Position numbers and translations under genes: made by a program. A model generated the notes under the pieces. The model did not search any database, was not told the DNA's origin, and worked only from the letters and a program-made list of their open reading frames with translations. From Candidatus Hadarchaeota archaeon (GTDB lineage Archaea; Hadarchaeota; Hadarchaeia; Hadarchaeales; Hadarchaeaceae), in the NCBI GenBank assembly GCA_964514965.1, contig CAZETV010000001.1:90001-122000 (forward strand): a stretch of DNA of 32,000 bases, read 5' to 3'. How positions within the stretch are numbered: position 1 is the first letter of the stretch; the number at the start of each line of letters is the position of its first letter. Of this stretch, positions 26,910 to 32,000 are shown piece after piece.

Positions 26910-27650
26910 TTAGATACTTCCAAGTTCAGAAGCTGCTGCGTCGTCAATAACAAATGTGCAGTTAGGATGGGTCTGGAGAATTGATGCAGGCACAGCTTCT
27001 GTTATTGGTCCATTAATTGACTTTGCAACCGCATCAGCTTTCCCCCCACCGCTTGCTGAAAGGACTATTTTTCCCGCTTCCATTATAGTGCCAATTCCCA
27101 TGGAGATGGCTTGGCGGGGAACTTCATCAACGGATTTGAAAAATCGTGCATTATCTTTTATCGTTTGTTCTGAGATATTCACAACCCTAGTTCTAGAGTT
27201 GAATGGTGAACCAGGCTCATTGAACGCTATGTGTCCATTATTCCCTATGCCTAGAAGTTGGAGATCGATTCCCCCAGACTTCTTAATGGCTTCTTCAAAC
27301 TCCCTGCAAGTTTTTTGAAAGTCGTTTGATAGACCGTTCGGCACATGCGTATTCTCTATTTTGATGTTTATATGGTTGAAGAGATTTTCATTCATAAAGT
27401 GTCGGTAACTTTGGGAGTGAGTTGGCGGTAATCCCATATACTCATCTAGGTTGAAGGTCACAACCTTCGAGAAGTCAAGTCCTTCCTCTTTGTGCATACG
27501 AATGAGTTCGCGGTAGCAGCCAACGGGAGTACTTCCGGTGGCCAATCCAAGAACCACGTTCGGTTTGTTTCTTATGGCATCTGCTATGATTTCCGCCGCC
27601 CTCTTGCTGAGCTCATCGTAGCCTTTTTTGATGGAAACTTCAATCGGCAT
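26910..27650 (-). CDS. nagB: Glucosamine-6-phosphate deaminase
   Basis: Motifs are VLGLATGSTPVGCY, FNLDEYMGL, LGIGNNGHIAFNEPGS and ASILQTHP. The protein is 246 aa. Confidence 0.9.
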   Translation of the reverse strand: MPIEVSIKKGYDELSKRAAEIIADAIRNKPNVVLGLATGSTPVGCYRELIRMHKEEGLDFSKVVTFNLDEYMGLPPTHSQSYRHFMNENLFNHINIKIENTHVPNGLSNDFQKTCREFEEAIKKSGGIDLQLLGIGNNGHIAFNEPGSPFNSRTRVVNISEQTIKDNARFFKSVDEVPRQAISMGIGTIMEAGKIVLSASGGGKADAVAKSINGPITEAVPASILQTHPNCTFVIDDAAASELGSI

Positions 27651-27779
27651 ATTGTTTCAACCCTCATTTTTTTCCCCAACTTCACATAAATAAGTTACGT
27701 CATATAGAGAAGCTATTCTCTTTTTTTTCTGCTTTTTTAAATATTTGGAAAATGAAAATGCGTGGATTTAAAATGTGGC

Positions 27780-27847
27780 GTGCATAAAATAATTATGGGA
27801 ACCCTAGAGGATTTCTCCATTGATAGGAGATCTATTCCCGTAGGGTT
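27780..27847 (-). terminator. Imperfect long hairpin plus U-rich tail in the 3' region of the orphan ORF (possible terminator)
   Basis: The minus-strand RNA is AACCCUA-CGGGAAUAGA-UCUCC-UAUCAAU-GGAGA-AAUCCUC-UAGGGUU (27847..27800). It has a 7-bp outer stem, a possible 4-bp middle helix and a 5-bp inner stem. It is followed by CCCAUAAUUAUUUUAUG and starts 27 nt after the stop at 27874. Confidence 0.35.
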
Positions 27848-27873
27848 TATCTTTCCAAACATCCATCAGCTTT

Positions 27874-28266
27874 TCAAGCTACTGGTATTTTTTGATTTCT
27901 TTTATCTCCATTACGACCTTTCAAGTAAATAACCAGCATTTTGTCCTTCTCATTCCACTCTGCTGGAACCCTTTTTCTTCCGTTTGCACCGGCTTGTTCC
28001 ATAAGTGAGGTGCACGAAACAAAAAATCCGTTCCCCTCTGCTTTTGAAATCAAACTCCGCTGTCCATTCTTGACTGGTTTTACACCAAGTAAGCTCATTT
28101 TGTCGTTCAAGTATAGATCCGCTCCTTTGTATCCTCTGAAATACTTAGCAGCCCAGGCGAATATGTCGATACCTATTTTATCGATGGAAACTTCGTTTTG
28201 TGTTGCCCTTCTACGTATGGGTTCCCACTTTCTCAATGTTGTTATTAATTTTCCCAAAATTTTCAC
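27874..28266 (-). CDS. Hypothetical protein (130 aa, basic), no recognisable family
   Basis: The track ORF has a GTG start preceded by GGGGG. The sequence MKILGKLITTLRKWEPIRRRATQNE...GRNGDKRNQKIPVA carries no motif I can name. Coding status is uncertain. Confidence 0.4.
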   Translation of the reverse strand: MKILGKLITTLRKWEPIRRRATQNEVSIDKIGIDIFAWAAKYFRGYKGADLYLNDKMSLLGVKPVKNGQRSLISKAEGNGFFVSCTSLMEQAGANGRKRVPAEWNEKDKMLVIYLKGRNGDKRNQKIPVA

Positions 28267-28290
28267 CCCCCAATTTTTCTTTTTAAAATT

Positions 28291-28407
28291 TCACGACCAA
28301 TAATAATCTACTTTAATTTCAGCTTCCTCCGAGTATTTGCATACTTGTGCGTAGTACAGCCATCCTCGAGCGGGCTTAAGATAGAACCCATTTACTTTGT
28401 CCTCCAT
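28291..28407 (-). other. 38-codon ORF in the same frame as the 130-aa ORF, separated from it by a single TGA
   Basis: My translation from ATG 28407 reads MEDKVNGFYLKPARGWLYYAQVCKYSEEAEIKVDYYWS-TGA(28293..28291)-NFKKKNWG-GTG(28266). The offset 28407-28266 is 141, which is 47x3, so the two ORFs share one frame. Confidence 0.2.
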
Positions 28408-28728
28408 AATTAAATACAGCTTTATTTTTATCTTTTTTATAAATTTCGTCCTACTTATTAAATATATCGGTAATTAATTATTACTAATATATGAATTAAA
28501 GTGCTTTCTTATAGCCTTGCTATAGCAGAATTTTTTATTGCCGGGTTTTAATGAGTTTTAAATTACAGAAAATGGGTTATAACGATTTAATTTAAGGTTA
28601 ATTTTCCTTCATTTCGTCAAAATTATGGTCGATAAGAATTTTTGGGATCTGCCCTAGCAATATTCTTTTTATTCCTCATAATTTAAAACCTATGAAAACA
28701 AACGAAATCGAAATGGACAGGTATTGCT

Positions 28729-29559
28729 ATGATTACCAATTCCGGCGAGACCGCAAATGAAAGACCCAACATAATCGTACTTCTCAAGCAAGTTCCCGAT
28801 ATCGAGGAAGTAAAATTTGACACTGAAAAAGGGACGCTGGATAGAAGTTCAGCAAAAGCTGAGCCCAATCCTTTCGATCTAAACGCTCTGGAGGTAGGCG
28901 TCCAGATTAAGGAGAAATTAGGGGGCACGGTGACTGTAGTCAGCATGGGGCCGCCCCAAGCAGAATCAGCGTTGAGAGATGCTTTGGCGAGGGGGGCTGA
29001 TAGAGCCATCTTGCTCACAGACAAAAAATTTGGAGGTGCTGACACTCTAGCTACCGCGTATACCCTCGCTAGTGGCATCAAAAAATTGGGAAATTTTGAC
29101 TTAATCATTTGTGGAGAAAAAACCGTTGATGGAGATACGGGTCAAGTCGGGCCTGAAGTAGCTGAACATCTGGGTATTCCCCATGTCGCTTATGTTTCTG
29201 AAATAAAAAAATGTGAAAAAGAGGGGTTTGTCGTTGTATCAGAGATGGGGAAGTATCGTTACTCAATAGAACTTAAGCCTCGTGGATTGATTACGGTCAC
29301 AAAGGATATCAACGAACCGAGACTCCCATCTTTACGGGATAAATTAAAAGCGAGAAAATCTGAAATTGAAATTTGGAGTATAGAGAATATCACAAATGGC
29401 GCTGACAGAAATAAATTTGGGATAATGGGGTCACCAACTAGTGTATACAGGATCACAATTCCATCTGCAGAGGCTAGGCGAGGAAAAATTTTTAGGGAGA
29501 CACCGGACGAGGTGGCGAAAAAGTTTGTGGGAGAATTAAAAGAAGTACTGAAGGCATGA
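28729..29559 (+). CDS. etfB: Electron transfer flavoprotein beta subunit (FixA/bifurcating-type sequence features)
   Basis: Motifs are IVLLKQVPD, NPFDLNALE, VSMGPPQAESALRDALARGADRAILL, ADTLATAY and ICGEKTVDGDTGQVGPEVAEHLGIP. It closely parallels clostridial EtfB from memory. Confidence 0.88.
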   Translation: MITNSGETANERPNIIVLLKQVPDIEEVKFDTEKGTLDRSSAKAEPNPFDLNALEVGVQIKEKLGGTVTVVSMGPPQAESALRDALARGADRAILLTDKKFGGADTLATAYTLASGIKKLGNFDLIICGEKTVDGDTGQVGPEVAEHLGIPHVAYVSEIKKCEKEGFVVVSEMGKYRYSIELKPRGLITVTKDINEPRLPSLRDKLKARKSEIEIWSIENITNGADRNKFGIMGSPTSVYRITIPSAEARRGKIFRETPDEVAKKFVGELKEVLKA

Positions 29560-30557
29560 CAATGGGCGAATATAAAGGAGTAATGATTTTTGCGGAGCAG
29601 GAAGATGGGAGAATACATCCAGTTTCATACGAGTTGTTGGGTAAAGGAAGAGATATTGCAGATAAGTTGGGTGTAGAGCTTTCCTGTGTTTTACTAGGCT
29701 TTCAAATGAAGAATGAAATTAATGAACTGATTTACCATGGGGCGGATAAAATATTTTTTTACGACCATCCATCTCTTAAAGAATTCGACGTGATTAGTTA
29801 TAAACAGAACATAGTGAATTTGGTGGAAGAAGAAAAGCCCGAGATATTCTTGCTTGGAGCGACTCATCTCGGGAGGTCTCTGGGACCGAGGATATCAGCG
29901 GCATTAAAAACTGGATTGACAGCTGACTGTATTGATTTAAAAGTTAATAAAGAGGGGAATTTGATTCAGATTCGCCCCGCATTTAGCGGCAATATTCTCG
30001 CCCACATAAAGACCAAAACAAGGCCCCAGATGTCTACAGTTAGATATAAAGTAATGAAGACGAGAGAAAGGGATTCAACCAGAAAAGGTGAAATAATAAT
30101 GAAAAATGCAGAGGGTATAGAAAATAGCGGAACTAAGATTTTAAAGAAAGAAAATGCAGGGGGAATCAACATAACGGAAGCAGATATCATCGTCTCGGGT
30201 GGAAGAGGATTAAAAAAACCGGATGATTTCAAGCTTCTGCGTGAATTGGCTGATGTTTTAGGCGGAGTCGTTGGATCGAGTAGACCTATAGTTGATGAGG
30301 GGTGGATAGGAAGAGAACATCAAGTGGGATTCAGCGGAAACACTGTTAAACCAAAGCTCTATATTGCATGTGGCATATCTGGCGCGCCTCAGCACTTAGC
30401 GGGTATGAGGGATTCCGATATCATCGTGGCGATAAACACTGACCCCTCAGCCCCGATATTCAAAGTGGCCGATTATGGTATAGTCGGAGATTTGTATGAT
30501 GTAATACCTAAACTAATTGATGAGATAAGAAAAAATAAAAACAAGGTGTTGAATTGA
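29556..30557 (+). CDS. etfA: Electron transfer flavoprotein alpha subunit
   Basis: The C-terminal FAD domain reads VSGGRGLKKPDDFKLLRELADVLGGVVGSSRPIVDEGW...QVGFSGNTVKPKLYIACGISGAPQHLAGM...IVAINTDPSAPIF. It overlaps etfB by 4 nt (ATGA). There is no N-terminal ferredoxin-like Cys cluster. Confidence 0.88.
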   Translation: MTMGEYKGVMIFAEQEDGRIHPVSYELLGKGRDIADKLGVELSCVLLGFQMKNEINELIYHGADKIFFYDHPSLKEFDVISYKQNIVNLVEEEKPEIFLLGATHLGRSLGPRISAALKTGLTADCIDLKVNKEGNLIQIRPAFSGNILAHIKTKTRPQMSTVRYKVMKTRERDSTRKGEIIMKNAEGIENSGTKILKKENAGGINITEADIIVSGGRGLKKPDDFKLLRELADVLGGVVGSSRPIVDEGWIGREHQVGFSGNTVKPKLYIACGISGAPQHLAGMRDSDIIVAINTDPSAPIFKVADYGIVGDLYDVIPKLIDEIRKNKNKVLN

Positions 30558-31921
30558 TAAAAGAAATTGAAAAGAACTTACGGGATATCGTGGGAGAAGA
30601 TTGGGTTGTAACTAAAAGGGAACAGATGGAAAATTATTTGATAGACGAGACCGCCGCCTCTGTTAGACCTCAACCCGCTGCTGAAGTTGTTTTGGTAAAA
30701 CCCGCAAACGCTCAAGAGATATCCAAAATTCTGAAACTCGCTATCGAGAAAAAGATCCCAGTTTTCCCTAGGGGCGGAGGAACTGGGCTCGTGGGAGGGG
30801 CTATCCCTACTAAGGATGGCATAATCCTCTCCACAGAAAGGATGGACAAAGTTGAGATAGACAAGGACAACATGATGGCAGTTGTCGAGGCAGGGGCTAC
30901 GCTTGAAAAATTATTAAAAACAACAGAAGAAGCTGGCATGCTATTCCCACCGCACCCTGGAGATGAGGGAGCTCAGGTGGGGGGACTCGTGGTATGCAAC
31001 GCCGGTGGAGCGAGAGCAGTGAAGTACGGGATTATCAGAAACTACGTGAAAGGCATCGAAGTCGTGCTTCCTACAGGTGAGATAGTGAATTTGGGTGGAA
31101 AATTATTAAAAAATAATATGGGGTATAATCTGATGCATTTGATGATTGGAAGCGAAGGAACTTTGGGCATAATAACCAAAGTGATTTTTCGATTATATCC
31201 AAAATTTGGGGCTACTGCAACCTTAATTGTGCCATATGAGAACCGGCATGATGCGATAAACACTGTTCCAAAAATCCTCCAGAGAGGGGTAATTCCCTTA
31301 GCTATCGAGTATGTGGAAAAAGACACGATAGAAAAATCGGCCGAACATCTGGGCAAAAAATGGCCATGCGAAAGGGGCAATGCTTTTCTTATAATAATAG
31401 TGGCGGGGGTCGAGATAGATGAAGTATATTCAGAAAGCGAGAAAATATCGGTGACATGTCAAGAGAACAACTCCCTAGAGCCTTTAATTGCTGAGTCAAG
31501 AGAAGAGCAGGATAGGATTCTGGACATAAGGAGTAATATCTACACAGCGTTGAAACCCGAAATCGCCGATATCCTAGATGTGACGGTGCCGCCTGCCAAC
31601 ATGGGAAAACTTATGGATGTAATAGACAAGATTGCTGAGAAATTTAATGCGTATGTCCCGACGTATGGGCATGCAGGAGATGGTAATTTACACCCGCATG
31701 TAATGGTAGAAAAGGGAAAAGGTCTAGACAATATTAAAACGTTAAAGAATGAAATTTATAAAGCAGCTGTAGATCTAGGGGGAATCATAACAGGTGAGCA
31801 TGGAATAGGAAAAATTAGAATCGACGACCTCGCTCTTTGTCTGTCTGAAAAAGAAATACAACTAATGGAAGGAATAAAGAAGCTCTTTGACCCGAATAAT
31901 ATTCTAAACCCTGTTAAATAA
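30554..31921 (+). CDS. FAD-binding (PCMH-type) GlcD-like 2-hydroxyacid dehydrogenase, candidate lactate dehydrogenase partner of EtfAB
   Basis: Motifs are VLVKPANAQEISKILKLAIEKKIPVFPRGGGTGLVGGAIP, the C-terminal GHAGDGNLHP, GGIITGEHGIGKIR and LFDPNNILNP. The TTG start overlaps the etfA stop by 4 nt. Confidence 0.8.
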   Translation: MIKEIEKNLRDIVGEDWVVTKREQMENYLIDETAASVRPQPAAEVVLVKPANAQEISKILKLAIEKKIPVFPRGGGTGLVGGAIPTKDGIILSTERMDKVEIDKDNMMAVVEAGATLEKLLKTTEEAGMLFPPHPGDEGAQVGGLVVCNAGGARAVKYGIIRNYVKGIEVVLPTGEIVNLGGKLLKNNMGYNLMHLMIGSEGTLGIITKVIFRLYPKFGATATLIVPYENRHDAINTVPKILQRGVIPLAIEYVEKDTIEKSAEHLGKKWPCERGNAFLIIIVAGVEIDEVYSESEKISVTCQENNSLEPLIAESREEQDRILDIRSNIYTALKPEIADILDVTVPPANMGKLMDVIDKIAEKFNAYVPTYGHAGDGNLHPHVMVEKGKGLDNIKTLKNEIYKAAVDLGGIITGEHGIGKIRIDDLALCLSEKEIQLMEGIKKLFDPNNILNPVK

Positions 31922-32000
31922 GAGACGAATTTTTAGTCGGTAGATTAAAGAACGAACCATTTCGAAAAGTATCTTTTTATCTTTAACTTATGCGACACAG

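Noticed and set aside
1-32000. A scan for CRISPR-like arrays, long tandem or inverted repeats, IS termini, integrase or transposase genes, and rRNA/tRNA genes.
   Set aside because: I found none by eye. The only mobile-element-like traces are the decayed PIN gene and the TGA-split orphan. A computational repeat search is needed to be definitive.

Overview
This looks like an archaeal chromosomal segment. The evidence is an NMD3-family gene, AT-rich TATA-like intergenic regions, and a mix of SD-led and probably leaderless starts. About 30 genes are densely packed.

Layout, left to right:
- (1) 1-6400: an osmoadaptation block. A truncated MscS channel is divergent from an otsA-otsB-(nucleotidyltransferase/cupin fusion)-(GalT-like) operon. 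A TreT-like GT4 glycosyltransferase is convergent to that operon.
- (2) 6450-6860: a decayed PIN-domain gene.
- (3) 6880-18620: housekeeping genes, all but one on the minus strand. They are tmk, an M50 protease, ubiX, leuB, an opposite-strand orphan membrane protein, leuD, leuC, ilvD, ilvC, ilvN, ilvB and NMD3.
- (4) 18870-22340: a divergent pair of secreted carbohydrate-active enzymes, a GH with a discoidin/CBM32 domain and a CE4 deacetylase. Both have strong Shine-Dalgarno sites and hairpin plus T-tract terminators.
- (5) 22350-27650: an amino-sugar catabolic cluster with nagA, a SIS-domain protein, and a nagB-PFK-aldose-epimerase-like operon.
- (6) 27870-28410: an orphan ORF pair split by an in-frame TGA, sitting in AT-rich DNA.
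- (7) 28730-31920: etfB-etfA plus a GlcD-like FAD dehydrogenase, in the same order as the lactate dehydrogenase/Etf complex.

I saw no rRNA, tRNA, CRISPR array or intact mobile element. I do not see a convincing wholly new multi-gene system. The most unusual items are:
- the apparently circularly permuted CE4 deacetylase;
- the nucleotidyltransferase-cupin fusion inside the trehalose operon;
- the nagB-PFK wiring, where the PFK carries PPi-type signature residues;
- the TGA-interrupted orphan;
- the archaeal Etf/LDH module.

All homology calls come from motif recognition by eye and from remembered reference sequences, not from database searches.
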